From Squalus acanthias (Eukaryota), in the NCBI GenBank assembly GCA_030390025.1, contig JASTWF010000033.1, positions 5,706,001-5,770,000 of the forward strand: a DNA stretch of 64,000 bases, written 5' to 3'. Within the stretch, counting starts at the first letter, position 1. Every line of letters starts with the position of its first letter. Of this stretch, positions 12,651-26,200 are shown in pieces. Under the pieces are notes generated by a model that was not told the origin of the DNA, ran no database searches, and saw only the letters and a program-made list of their open reading frames with translations. The position numbers were made by a program, and so were the translations under genes.

Positions 12651-14610
12651 TATATGACAATATCGTCCAATACCACAATAAGGGCAATAGGGATATATGA
12701 CAATATCCTCCAATAACTCAATAAGGGCAATAGGGATATATGACAATATCGTCCAATACCACAATAAGGGCAATAGGGATATATGACAATATCCTCCAAT
12801 ACCTCAATAAGGTCAATAGGGATATATGACAATATCCTCCAATACCTCAATAAGGGCAATAGGGATATATGACAATATCCTTCAATACCACAATAAGGTC
12901 AATAGGGATATATGACAATATCCTCCAATACCTCAATAAGGGCAATAGGGATATATGACAATATCCTCCAATACCTCAATAAGGGCAATAGGGATATATG
13001 ACAATATCCTCTAATACCTCAATAATGGCAATAGGGATATATGACAATATCCTTCAATACCACAATAAGGTCAATAGGGATATATGACAATATCCTCCAA
13101 TACCTCAATAATGGCAATAGGGATATATGACAATATCCTCCAATACCACAATAAGGGCAATAGGGATATATGACAATATCCTTCAATACCACAATAATGG
13201 CAATAGGGATATATGACAATATCCTCCAATACCACAATAAGGGCAATAGGGATATATGACAATATCCTTCAATACCACAATAAGGGCAATAGGGATATAT
13301 GACAATATCCTCCAATACCACAATAAGGGCAATAGGGATATATGACAATATCCTCCAATACCACAATAACGGCAATAGGGATATATGACAATATCCTCCA
13401 ATACCACAATAAGGGCAATAGGGATATATGACAATATCCTCCAATACCACAATAAGGGCAATAGGGATATATGACAATATCCTCCAATACCACAATAAGG
13501 GCAATAGGGATATATGACAATATCCTCCAATACCACAATAACGGCAATAGGGACATATGACAATATCCTCCAATACCACAATAAGGGCAATAGGGATATA
13601 TGACAATATCCTCCAATACCACAATAAGGGCAATAGGGATATATGACAATATCCTCCAATACCACAATAAGGGCAATAGGGATATATGACAATATCCTCC
13701 AATACCACAATAAGGGCAATAGGGATATATGACAATATCCTCCAATACCACAATAACGGCAATAGGGACATATGACAATATCCTCCAATACCACAATAAG
13801 GGTAATAGGGATATATGACAATATCCTTCAATACCACAATAAGGGCAATAGGGATATATGACAATATCCTTCAATACCACAATAAGGGCAATAGGGATAT
13901 ATGACAATATCCTCCAATACCACAATAAGGGCAATAGGGATATATGACAATATCATCCAATACCTCAATAAGGTCAATAGGGATATATGACAATATCCTC
14001 CAATACCTGAATAAGGTCAATAGGGATATATGACAATATCATCCAATATCTCAATAAGGTCAATAGGGATATATGACAATATCCTCCAATACCTGAATAA
14101 GAACAATAGGGATATATGACAATATCCTATAATATCTCAATAAGGTCAATAGGGATATATGACAATATCCTATAATATCTCAATAAGGTCAATAGGGATA
14201 TATGACAATATCCTCCAATACCTGAATAAGGTCAATAGGGATATATGACAATATCATCCAATATCTCAATAAGGTCAATAGGGATATATGACAATATCCT
14301 CCAATACCTGAATAAGAACAATAGTGATATATGACAATATCCTACAATACCTCAATAAGAACAATAGGGATATATGACAATATCCTATAATATCTCAATA
14401 AGGTCAATAGGGATATATGACAATATCCTCCAATACCTCAATAAGGGCAATAAGGTATAAATGACAATATCCCCCAATATCTCAATAAGGTCAATAGGGA
14501 TATATGACAATATCCTATAATACCATAATAAGGTCAATAGGGATATATGACAATATCCTCCAATACCTCAATAAGGGCAAGAGGGATGTATGACAATATC
14601 CTACAAAGCT
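12651..14610. repeat. 43-bp tandem satellite, right part
   Basis: Same unit as 7630-9762; degenerates toward 14.6 kb. Confidence 0.97.
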
Positions 14611-14626
14611 TCCACATGTGGGCAAT

Positions 14627-15152
14627 ACAACAACTTGTATTTATATAGCGTCTTTAACGTAGTAAAAATGGTAAAAAGTACCAAGACGATTCACAGGAGC
14701 ATTTCAGACAAAATTTGACACCGAGCCACATCAGGGCAGATGACCAAAAGGATCAGAGCGGAAACTCAGAGCTGAGGGCCGAGGCAGCTGAAGGCACGGC
14801 CACTAATGGAGGAGTGATTAAAATCAGGGATGCTCAAGAGACCAGCATTAGAGGAGCGCAGATACCTCGGAGGGATTTTTGTGGGGCTGGAGGAGATTAC
14901 AAAGATAGGGAGGGGCGATTTCCTGGAGGGATTTGAAAACAACGATGAGAATTTTAAATTGAGACGTTGCCTAACCGGGAGTCAATGTAGGTCAGCGAGC
15001 ACAGGGGTGATGGGTGAACGGGACTTGGTGCGAGTTGGACACGGGCAGCAGAGTTTTGGATGACCTCAAGTTTACGGAGGGGAGAAGGTGGGACGCTGGC
15101 CAGGAGAGCGTTGGAATAGTCAAGTCTAGAGGTAATAAAGGCAATGGATGAT
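14627..15152 (-). mobile_element. L2-clade LINE 3' fragment
   Basis: Minus translation AFITSRLDYSNALLAS.P...LRKLEVIQNSAARV is the L2 ORF2 C-terminal signature; tail ...GCTATATAAATACAAGTTGTTG. Confidence 0.88.
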
Positions 15153-15277
15153 TGAGGTATATCCCATATCCTACAATACCCCCACAGAACAGGAAAAGCG
15201 ATGTGACAATATCTATGATACCCCCACATACGGCCAATAACGATGTATGATAATATCCTGCAATGTTCCTACAGTAG

Positions 15278-16590
15278 AAAAACATGTGGAAATAGAAAAC
15301 GTGATAAAGAATAGTCAGGACGGATTTCAAAAGGGAAGGTCATGCGTGACCAACCTTATTCAATTCTGTGAAGTAGTAACAAAGAGAAGACAAGGATAAT
15401 ACAGTAAATGTAATAGATTTGGATTTTCAAAAGGCCTTCGATAAGGTACCGCATCGTAGACTCATGACTATGGTCAGAGCATGTGGAGTCAGGGGACCGG
15501 GAGCAGAATGGATAGCGCGCTGGGGGCACAACAGAAAACAGAGAGTCGGGGTTAAGGGGAGCGACCCAGACAGGCAAATGTTGGGAAGTGGTTTTCCACA
15601 AGGATCAGTGCTGGGACCACTGTTCACAATTAACATCAATGATTTGGACTCGGGAATCGGAAATACAATTTCAAAATTTGCGGATGACATCAAATTGGGG
15701 GAGTCTAGTTAATAGTGAGAAAGACTGCGACAAAATACAAGAGAACATTAATAAACTCGCAGAATGGGCGTGTAATTGGCAAATTAATTTCAATATCGAT
15801 AAGCGAGAGATTTCACATTTTGGTAGGAAGAATAAGGAGACCACATACTGCTTGGAAATTAATAGTCTAACTGGGGCAGATGAGCAAAGGGATCTGGGGG
15901 TACAGATACTCAAATCACTAAAAGTAGCGACGCAGGTTAATAAGGCCATAAAAAGCAAACCAAGCCCTTGAGTTCGTTTCTAAAGGGATAGAATTGAAAA
16001 GCAGACAAGGTTTGTTAAGCTTGTATTGAACCTTGGTTGGACCACATTTAACTTTAATTTTCACAGTTCTGGTCTCCATATTATAAAAAGGATGGAGAGA
16101 CACTGAAGAAGGTGCAAAAAAGATTTACAAAAATGATACCAAAACTGTGAGGTTATAATTATCAGGAAAGGCAGAACAGGCCTCTAGAAAAGAGAAGGCT
16201 GAGGGGTGAGCTCAGAGTTCTGTGAGATTATGAAAGGGTTTGATAGGGTCGACGTGGAGAGATTCTTCCACTTGTGGGGGGACCAAAACTAGGCTCCATA
16301 AAAACAAGCTGGCCATTAATAAATCCCACAGGGAATTCAGGAGAAACTTCTTTGCCCAGAGAGTGGTTAGAATGTGGAACTCGCTACCACAATCAGTAGT
16401 TGAGGCGAACAGCACAGGCGCGTTTGAGGGGAAGCTTGATAAGCACCTGGGGGTGAAAGGAATAGAAGGAGATGCTGAAAGGTCAGGTGAAGAGGGCTGG
16501 GAGGAGGCTTGTGACAATCACAAACACCGCTATAGATCAGAGGGACCCAATGGCCTGTTTCTGTGCTGTAAATTCAATGTAATTCAGTGC
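15278..16590 (+). mobile_element. CR1-clade LINE 3' half, degraded
   Basis: [46 protein letters not shown]. Confidence 0.92.
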
Positions 16591-16629
16591 AAAAGTGCGA
16601 TAGGAATATATGACAATAGCTATAATAAA

Positions 16630-17092
16630 AAAGACTCACATTTCTATAGCGCCTTTCACGACCACCGGACGTCTCAAAGCGCTTTACAGCCAATGAAGTA
16701 CTTTTGAAGTGGAGTCACTGTTGTAATGTGGGAAACACGGCAACCAATTTGCGCACAGCAAGCTCCCACAAACAGCAATGTGATAATGACCAGATAATCT
16801 GTTTTTGTTATGCTGGTTAAGGGTTAAATATTGGCCAGGACACCGGGGATAACTCCCCTGCTCTTCTTCAAAATAGTGCCATGGGATCTTTTACATCCAC
16901 CTGAGAGAGCAGACAGGGCCTCGGTTTAACATCTCATCTGAAAGACGGAACCTCCGACAGTGCAGCACTCGCTCAGCACTGCACTGGAGTGTCAGCCTAG
17001 CTTTATGTGCTCAAGTCCCTGGAGTGGGACTTGAACCCACAACCTTCTGACTCAGAGGCGACTGTGCTACCCACTGAGCCACAGCTGACACC
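16630..17092 (-). mobile_element. tRNA-derived SINE with Deu-type central domain (SacSINE1/AmnSINE-like), near full length
   Basis: Minus strand: A box TGGCTCAGTGG, B box GGTTCAAGTCC, then GTGCTGCACTGTCGGAGG..CGTCTTTCAGATGAGATGTTAAACCGAGGCCC; L2-like 3' tail (..GGCGCTATAGAAATG). Confidence 0.82.
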
Positions 17093-17429
17093 TCAACTTA
17101 AGGACAATAGGGATAAATGAAATATCCTCAATAAATCCAACATTAATTGACGACTGCGGCAATACTTGTTACATTCAAACAATTACATGTCTTAAGAGTC
17201 GGTGTGTACAACATAAAAGGCAGAGAGTTTGTGTGAGAGAGAAATGGGAATACAATATTTGAGAGGGGAGGAGGGGACAAGAAGGGACAGAGAGCCTGTG
17301 CGTCAGAGCAAAGGGAGAACAAGTCAGGATGTCTGAGAGGGGAGGTGGAAAATCAGTGACTGTACAAGAGATGGGAGAGATAATCTGTGACTAAAAGAGG
17401 GGATGGAGGGCCTGATAGTGAGAGATACA

Positions 17430-19798
17430 GAGGTAGTCTGTGTGAGAGAGAGAGGGTGAGCGAGAGAGAGTGTGTGAGAGAATGAGTCTGAGAGAGACAG
17501 TTTGTATGAGAGTGAGTCTGAGAGAGACAGTGTGAGAGAGTCTGAGAGAGAGAGACAGTTTGTATGAGAGTGAGTCTGAGAGAGACAGTGTGTGAGAGAG
17601 TGAGTCTGAGAGTGACAGTGAGAGAGAGAGAGAGCGTGTGAGAGAGAGAGAGAGAGTGAGAGAGTGTGTGAGAGAGAGAGAGAGACAGAGTGTGTGAGAG
17701 AGAGAGAGAGAGTGTGAGAGAGTGTGTGAGAGAGAGAGAGAAAGAGTGTGAGAGAGAGAGAGAAAGAGTGTGAGAGAGAGAGAGTATGAGAGAGTGTGTG
17801 TGAGAGAGAGAGAGAGAGAGAGAGTGTGTGAGAGAGTGAGTCTGAGAGTGACAGTGTGAGAGAGAGAGAGCGTGTGAGAGAGAGAGAGAGAGTGTGTGAG
17901 AGAGAGAGAGAGACAGAGTGTGTGAGAGAGAGAGAGAGAGTGTGAGAGAGTGTGTGAGAGAGAGAGAGAAAGAGTGTGAGAGAGAGAGAGAAGAGTGTGA
18001 GAGAGAGAGAGTATGAGAGAGTGTGTGAGAGAGAGAGAGAGAGAGAGAGTGTGTGAGAGAGAGAGAGAGTGTGAGAGAGAGAGAGAGAGAGTGTGTGTGA
18101 GAGAGAGAGAGAGAGAGAGAGGGAGTTTGAAAGAGACTGTGTGAGAGAGCGAGTCTGAGAGAGACAGTGTGTGAGAGAGCGAGTCTGAGAGAGACAGTGT
18201 GTGAGAGTGAGGCTGAGAGGGAGAGAGACAGCGCATGAGAGAGCGAGACTGAGAGAGACAGTGTGTGAGAGAGTGAGTCTGAGAGAGACAGTGTGTGAGA
18301 AAGTGAGTCTGAGAGAGACGGTGTGTGAGAAAGTGAGTCTGAGAGAGAGTGTGTGAGAAAGTGAGTCTGAGAGAGTGAGGAGAGAGAGTGTGAGAGTGAG
18401 TCTGAGAGAGACAGTGTGTGAGAGAGTGAGTCTGAGAGACAGTGTGTGAGAAAGTGAGTCTGAGAGAGACAGTGTGTGAGAAAGTGAGTCTGAGAGAGAC
18501 AGTGTGTGAGAGAGAGTGTGAGAGAGACAGTGTGTGAGAGAGTGAGTCTGGGAGACAGTGTGTGAGAGAGAGTGTGAGAGAGACAGTGTGTGATAGAGAC
18601 AGTGTGAAAGAGACAGTGTGTGAGAAAGTGAGTCTGAGAGAGACAGTGTGTGAGAGTGAGTGTCAGAGAGACAGTGTGTGAGAGAGAGTCTGAGAGAGAG
18701 TGTGTGTGAGAGAGTGAGTCTGAGAGAGACAGTGTGTGAGAGAGTGAGTCTGAGAGAGACAGTGTGTGAGAGAGTGAGTCTGAGAGAGACAGTGTGTGAG
18801 AGAGTGAGTCTGAGAGAGAGTGTGTGCGAGAGTGAGTCTGAGAGAGACAGTGTGTGAGAGAGTGAGTCTGAGAGAGACGGTGTGTGAGAGTGAGTCTGAG
18901 AGAGACAGTGTGTGAGAGAGTGAGTCTGAGAGAGACGGTGTGTGAGAGTGAGTCTGAGAGAGAGTGTGTGTGAGAGAGTGAGTCTGAGAGAGACAGTGTG
19001 TGAGAGAGTGAGTCTGAGAGAGACAGTGTGTGAGAGAGTGAGTCTGAGAGAGAGTGTGTGAGAGAGTGAGTCGGAGAGAGACAGTGTGAGAGTGAGTCTG
19101 AGAGAGACAGTGTGTGAGAGAGTGAGTCTGAGAGAGACAGTGTGAGAGAGAGTGAATCTGAGAGAGACAGTGTGAGAGAGAGTGAGTCTGAGAGACAGTG
19201 TGTGAGACAGTGAGTCTGAGAGAGACAGTGTGAGAGAGAGTGAGTCTGAGAGACAGTGTGTGAGAGAGTGAGTCTGAGAGAGACAGTGTGAGAGAGAGTG
19301 AATCTGAGAGAGACAGTGTGAGAGAGAGTGAGTCTGGGAGAGATGGTGTGTGAGAGAGAGAGTCTGGAGAGATGGTGTGTGAGAGAGAGAGTCTGAGAGA
19401 GACAGTGTCTGAGAGAGAGAGTCTGAGAGAGACAATGTGTGAGAGAGAGAGTCTGAGAGAGATAGTGTGAGAGAGAGTGAGTCTGAGAGAGACAGTGTGT
19501 GAGAGAGTGAGTCTGAGAGAGAGACAGTGTGTGAAAGAGTGAGTCTGAGAGAGAGACAGTGTGTGAGAGAGTGGGTCTGAGAGAGACAGTGTGTGTGAGA
19601 GTGTGAGAGAGACAGTGTGTGAGAGAGTGAGTCTGAGAGAGACCGTGTGTGAGAGAGTGAGTCTGAGAGAGAGTTTGTGAGAGAGTGAGTCTGAGAGAGT
19701 CTGAGAGAGACAGTGTGTGAGAGAGTGAGTGTGAGAGAGACAGTGTGTGTGAGAGAGTGAGTCTGAGAGAGACAGTGTGTGAGAGAGTGAGTCTGAGA
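17430..19798. repeat. GA/GT microsatellite grading into a ~30-bp minisatellite (GAGAGAGACAGTGTGTGAGAGAGTGAGTCT)
   Basis: Seen directly. Confidence 0.95.
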
Positions 19799-20298
19799 NN
19801 NNNNNNNNNNNNNNNNNNNNNNNNNNNNNNNNNNNNNNNNNNNNNNNNNNNNNNNNNNNNNNNNNNNNNNNNNNNNNNNNNNNNNNNNNNNNNNNNNNNN
19901 NNNNNNNNNNNNNNNNNNNNNNNNNNNNNNNNNNNNNNNNNNNNNNNNNNNNNNNNNNNNNNNNNNNNNNNNNNNNNNNNNNNNNNNNNNNNNNNNNNNN
20001 NNNNNNNNNNNNNNNNNNNNNNNNNNNNNNNNNNNNNNNNNNNNNNNNNNNNNNNNNNNNNNNNNNNNNNNNNNNNNNNNNNNNNNNNNNNNNNNNNNNN
20101 NNNNNNNNNNNNNNNNNNNNNNNNNNNNNNNNNNNNNNNNNNNNNNNNNNNNNNNNNNNNNNNNNNNNNNNNNNNNNNNNNNNNNNNNNNNNNNNNNNNN
20201 NNNNNNNNNNNNNNNNNNNNNNNNNNNNNNNNNNNNNNNNNNNNNNNNNNNNNNNNNNNNNNNNNNNNNNNNNNNNNNNNNNNNNNNNNNNNNNNNNN
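19799..20298. other. Assembly gap (500 N)
   Basis: N run of round length; true distance and orientation across it are unknown. Confidence 0.99.
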
Positions 20299-23200
20299 AA
20301 ACTAATACAGCACCTCAAACTAATACAGACCCTGAAACTAATACAGCACTCAAACAAATACAGACCCTCAAACTAATACAGTACCTCAAGCTAATACAAT
20401 ACCTCAAACTATTACAGCTCCTTAAACTAATACAGCACCTCAAACTAAAACAGAAACTAAAACAAATACAGCACCTCAAACTAATACAGTACCTCAAACT
20501 AATACAGCACCTCATAGTAATACAATACCTCAAACTAATACAGCTCCTCAAACTAATACAGCCCCTCAAACTAATGCAGCTCCTCAAACTAATACAGCCC
20601 CTCAAACTAATACAGCCCCTCAAACTAATACAGCCCCTCAAACTAATACAGCCCCTCAAACTAATACAGACCCTCAAACTAATACAGCCCCTCAAACTAA
20701 TACAGCCCCTCAAACTAATACAGCCCTCAAACTAATACAGCCCCTCAAACTAATGCAGCTCCTCAAACTAATGCAGCCCCTCAAACTTATCCAGCCCCTC
20801 AAACTAATACCGACCCTCAAACTAATACAGACCCTCAAACTAATACAGTATCTCAAACTAATACAGCTCCTCAAACTAATACAGTACCTCAAGCTAATAC
20901 AATACCTCAAACTATACAGCTCCTTAAACTAATGCAGCAGCTCAAACTAAAACAGAAACTAAAACAAATACAGCACCTCAAACTAATACAGTATCTCAAA
21001 CTAATACAGCTCCTCAAACTAATACAGCCCCTAAAACTAATACAACCTCTCAAACTCATACAGACCCTCAAACTAATACAGCTCCTCAAACTAATACAGC
21101 TCCTCAAACTAATACAGCCCCTCAAACTAATACAGCCCCTCAAACTAATACAGACCCTCAAACTAATACAGCCCCTCAAACTAATACAGACCCTCAAACT
21201 AATACAGTACCTCAAACTAATACAGTACCTCAAACTGATACAGCCCCTCCAACTAATACAGCCCCTCAAACTAATACAGACCCTCAAACTAATACAGCCC
21301 CTGAAACTAATACAGACCCTAAAACTAATACAGCACCTCAAACTAATACAGACCCTGAAACTAATACAGCACTCAAACAAATACAGACCCTCAAACTAAT
21401 ACAGTACCTCAAGCTAATACAATACCTCAAACTATTACAGCTCCTTAAACTAATACAGCACCTCAAACTAAAACAGAAACTAAAACAAATACAGCACCTC
21501 AAACTAATACAGTACCTCAAACTAATACAGCACCTCATAGTAATACAATACCTCAAACTAATACAGCTCCTCAAACTAATACAGCCCCTCAAACTAATGC
21601 AGCTCCTCAAACTAATACAGCCCCTCAAACTAATACAGCCCCTCAAACTAATACAGCCCTCAAACTAATACAGCCCTCAAACTAATGCAGCTCCTCAAAC
21701 TAATACAGACCCTCAAACTAATACAGCTCCTCAAACTAATACAGCTCCTCAAACTAATACATTACCTCAAACTAATACAACCCCACAAACTAATACCCCC
21801 TTCAAACTAATGCAGACCCTCATACTAATACCCCCTTCAAACTAATGCAGACCCTCAAACTAATACAGCTCCTCAAACTAATACAGCCCCTAAAACTAAT
21901 ACAACCCCTCAAACTAATACAGCTCCTCAAACTAATACAGCTCCTCAAACTAATACAGCCCCTCAAACTAATACAGCCCCTCAAACTAATACAGACCCTC
22001 AAACTAATACAGTACCTCAAACTAATACAGTACCTCAAACTGATACAGCCCCTCAAACTAATACAGCTCCTCAAACTAATACAATTCCCCAAACTAATAC
22101 AGCCCCTCAAACTAATGCAGCACCTGAAACTAATACAGCTTATCAAACTATTATACCCCCTCAAACTAATGCAGCCCCTCAAGCTAATACAGTACCTCAA
22201 ACTAATATAGCCCCTCAAACTAATACAGCTCCTCAAACTAATACAGTACCTAAAACTAATACAGACCCTCAAACTAGTACAGACCCTCAAACTAATACAG
22301 TACCTCAAACTAATACAGTACCTCAAACTAATACAGCCCCTCAAACTAATACAGAACCTCAAACTAATACAGCCCCTCAAATTAATACAGCCCCTCAAAC
22401 TAATACAGCCCCTCAAACTAATACAGCCCCTCAAACTAATACAGCTCCTCAAACTAATACAGTAACGGAAACTAATACAGCCCCTCAAACTAATACAGCC
22501 TCACAAACTAATACAGTACCTCAAACTAATACAGTACCTCAAACTAATGCAGCCCCTCAAACTAATACAGTACCTCAAACAAATACAGATCTTCAAACTG
22601 ATACAGTACCTCAAACTAATACGGTACCTCAAACTGATACAGATCCTCAAACTAATACAGCACCTCAAACTAATACAGCCCCTCAAATTAATACAGTACC
22701 TCAAAATAATACAGCTCCTCAAACTAATACAGTACCTCAAACTAATACAGTACCTCAAACTAATACAGCCCCTCAAACTAATACAGTAACTCAAACTAAT
22801 ACAGTACCTCAAACTAATACAGCTCCTCAAAATAATTCAGACCCTCAAACTAATACAGACCCTCAAACTAATACAGCCCCTGAAACTAATACAGACCCTA
22901 AAACTAATACAGCACCTCAAACTAATACAGACCCTGAAACTAATACAGCACTCAAACAAATACAGACCCTCAAACTAATACAGTACCTCAAGCTAATACA
23001 ATACCTCAAACTATTACAGCTCCTTAAACTAATACAGCACCTCAAACTAAAACAGAAACTAAAACAAATACAGCACCTCAAACTAATACAGTACCTCAAA
23101 CTAATACAGCACCTCATAGTAATACAATACCTCAAACTAATACAGCTCCTCAAACTAATACAGCCCCTCAAACTAATGCAGCTCCTCAAACTAATACAGC

Positions 23201-26200
23201 CCCTCAAACTAATACAGCCCCTCAAACTAATATAGCCCCTCAAACTTATCCAGCCCCTCAAACTAACACAGCACCTCAAACTAATACAGATCCTCAAACT
23301 AATACAGTATCTCAAACTAATACAGCTCCTCAAACTAATACAGTACCTCAAGCTAATACAATACCTCAAACTATTACAGCTCCTTAAACTAATACAGCAC
23401 CTCAAACTAAAACAGAAACTAAAACAAATACAGCACCTCAAACTAATACAGCCCCTCAAACTAATACAGTCCCTCAAACTAATACAGCACCTCAAACTAA
23501 TACAGCTCCTCAAACTAATACAGCCCCTCAAACTAATGCAGCTCCTCAAACTAATACAGCCCCTCAAACTAATACAGCCCCTCAAACTAATACAGCCCCT
23601 CGAACTTATCCAGCCCCTCAAACTAACACAGCACCTCAAACTAATACAGATCCTCAAACTAATACAGTACCTCAAACTAATACAGCTCCTCAAACTAATA
23701 CAGACCCTAAAACTAATACAACCTCTGAAACAAATACAGCTCCTCAAACTAATACAGCTCCTCAAACTAATACAGCCCCTCAATCTAATACAGCCCCTCA
23801 AACTAATACATACCCTCACACTAATACAGTACCTCAAACTAATACAGTACCTCAAACTGATACAGCCCCTCAAACTAATACAGCTCCTCAAACTAATACA
23901 ATTCCCCATGCTAATACAGCCCCTCAAACTAATGCAGCACCTGAAACTAATACAGCTTATCAAACTATTATACCCCCTCAAACTAATGCAGCCCATCAAG
24001 CTAATACAGTACCTCAAACTAATACAGCCCCTCAAACTAATACAGCTCCTCAAACTAATACAGCTCCTCAAACTAATACAGTACTTCAAACTAATACAGC
24101 CCCTCAAACTAATACAGACCCTCAAACTAATACAGACCCTCAAACTAATACAGTACCTCAAACTAATACAGTACCTCAAACAAATACAGCCCCTCAAACT
24201 AATACGGAACCTCAAACTAATACAGCCCCTCAAACTAATACAGCCCTCAAACTAATACAGCCCCTCAAACTAATACAGCTCCTCAAACTAATACAGCCCC
24301 TCAAAGTTATACAGCCACTCAAACTAATACAGCCCCTCAAACTAATACAGACCCTCAAACTAATACAGCCCCTCAAACTAATACATACCCTCAAACTAAA
24401 ACAGCCCCTCAAACTAATACAGCCCCTCAAACGAATACAGCCCCTCAAACTAATACAGCACCTCAAACTAATACAGCCCCTCAAACTAATACAGCCCCTC
24501 AAACTAATACAGCCCCTCAAACTAATACAGTACCTCAAACTAATACAGCCCCTCAAAATTATACAGTCCCTCAAACTAATACAGCCCCTCAAACTAATAC
24601 AGCCCCTCAAACTAATACAGCCCCTCAAACTAACACAGTACCTCAAACTAATACAGACCCTCAAACTAATACAGCACCTCAAACTAATACAGCCCCTCAA
24701 ACTAATACAGCTCCTCAAACTAATACAGCCCCTCAAAGTTATACAGCCACTCAAACTAATACAGCCCCTCAAACTAATACAGACCCTCAAACTAATACAG
24801 CCCCTCAAACTAATACATACCCTCTAACTAAAACAGCCCCTCAAACTAATACAGCCCCTCAAACGAATACAGCCCCTCAAACTAATACAGCACCTCAAAC
24901 TAATACAGCCCCTCAAACTAATACAGCCCCTCAAACTAATACAGCCCCTCAAACTAATACAGTACCTCAAACTAATACAGCCCCTCAAAATTATACAGCC
25001 CCTCAAACTAATACAGCCCCTCAAACTAATACAGCCCCTCAAACTAATACAGCCCCTCAAACTAACACAGTACCTCAAACTAATACAGACCCTCAAACTA
25101 ATACAGCACCTCAAACTAATACAGCCCCTCAAACTAATACAGCCCCTCAAACTAATACAGCACCTCAAACTAATACAACCCCTCAAACTAATACAGCCCC
25201 TCAAACTAATGCAGCCCCTCAAACTCATACAGCCCCTCAAACTAATACAGCCCCTCAAACTAATACAGCCCCTCAAACTAATACAGCCCCTCAAACTAAT
25301 ACAGACCATCAAACTAATACAGCTCCTCAAACTAATAGAGCTCCTCAACTAATACAGTACCTCAAACTAATACCCCCTTCAAACTAATACTGACCCTCAA
25401 ACTAATACAGACCCTTAGACTAATGCAGCTCCTCAAACTAATACAGACCCTCAAACTAATACAGCTCCTCAAACTAATACAGCTCCTCAAACTAATACAG
25501 TACCTCAAACTAATACAACCCCACAAACTAATAGATACCCTCAAACTAATACCCCCTTCAAACTAATGCAGACCCTCAAACTAATACAGCTCCTCAAACT
25601 AATACAACCCCTCAAACTAATACAGACCCTCAAACTAATACCCCCTTCAAACTAATACGGCCCCTCAAACTAATACAGCCCCTCAAACTAATACAACCCC
25701 TCAAACTAATACAGATCCTCAAACTAATACAGTATCTCAAACGAATACAGCTCCTCAAACTAATACAGCCCCTAAAACTAATACAACCCCTCAAACTAAT
25801 ACAGCTCCTCAAACTAATACAGCTCCTCAAACTAATACAGCCCCTCAAACTAATACAGCCCCTCAAACTAATTCAGTCCCTCAAACTAATACAGCCCCTC
25901 AAACTAATACAGCCCCTCAAACTGATACAGCCCCTCAAACTAATACAGCCCCTCAAGCTAATACAGTACCTCAAACTAATACAGCCCCTCAAACTAATAC
26001 AGCTCCTCAAACTAATACAGTACCTAAAACTAATACAGACCCTCAAACTAATACAGACCCTCAAACTAATACAGTACCTCAAACTAATACAGTACCTCAA
26101 ACTAATACAGCCCCTCAAACTAATATGGAACCTCAAACTAATACAGCCCCTCAAATTAATACAGCCCCTCAAACTAATACAGCCCCTCAAACTAATACAG

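Noticed and set aside
7841..13934. Hydrophobic Cys/Tyr-rich minus-strand ORFs (YCPYCGIGGYCHISLLPLL)
   Set aside because: 43-bp satellite read through rotating frames
7630..14610. 43-bp repeat with an internal palindrome resembling a CRISPR array
   Set aside because: Units are contiguous with no unique spacers, no cas genes, eukaryotic context
17020..17092. tRNA-like sequence with A and B boxes
   Set aside because: It is the head of the SINE; no full cloverleaf and it runs straight into the SINE body
17324..20357. 703-aa and 564-aa Ser/Leu/His/Thr ORFs
   Set aside because: Microsatellite translation; one runs through the N gap
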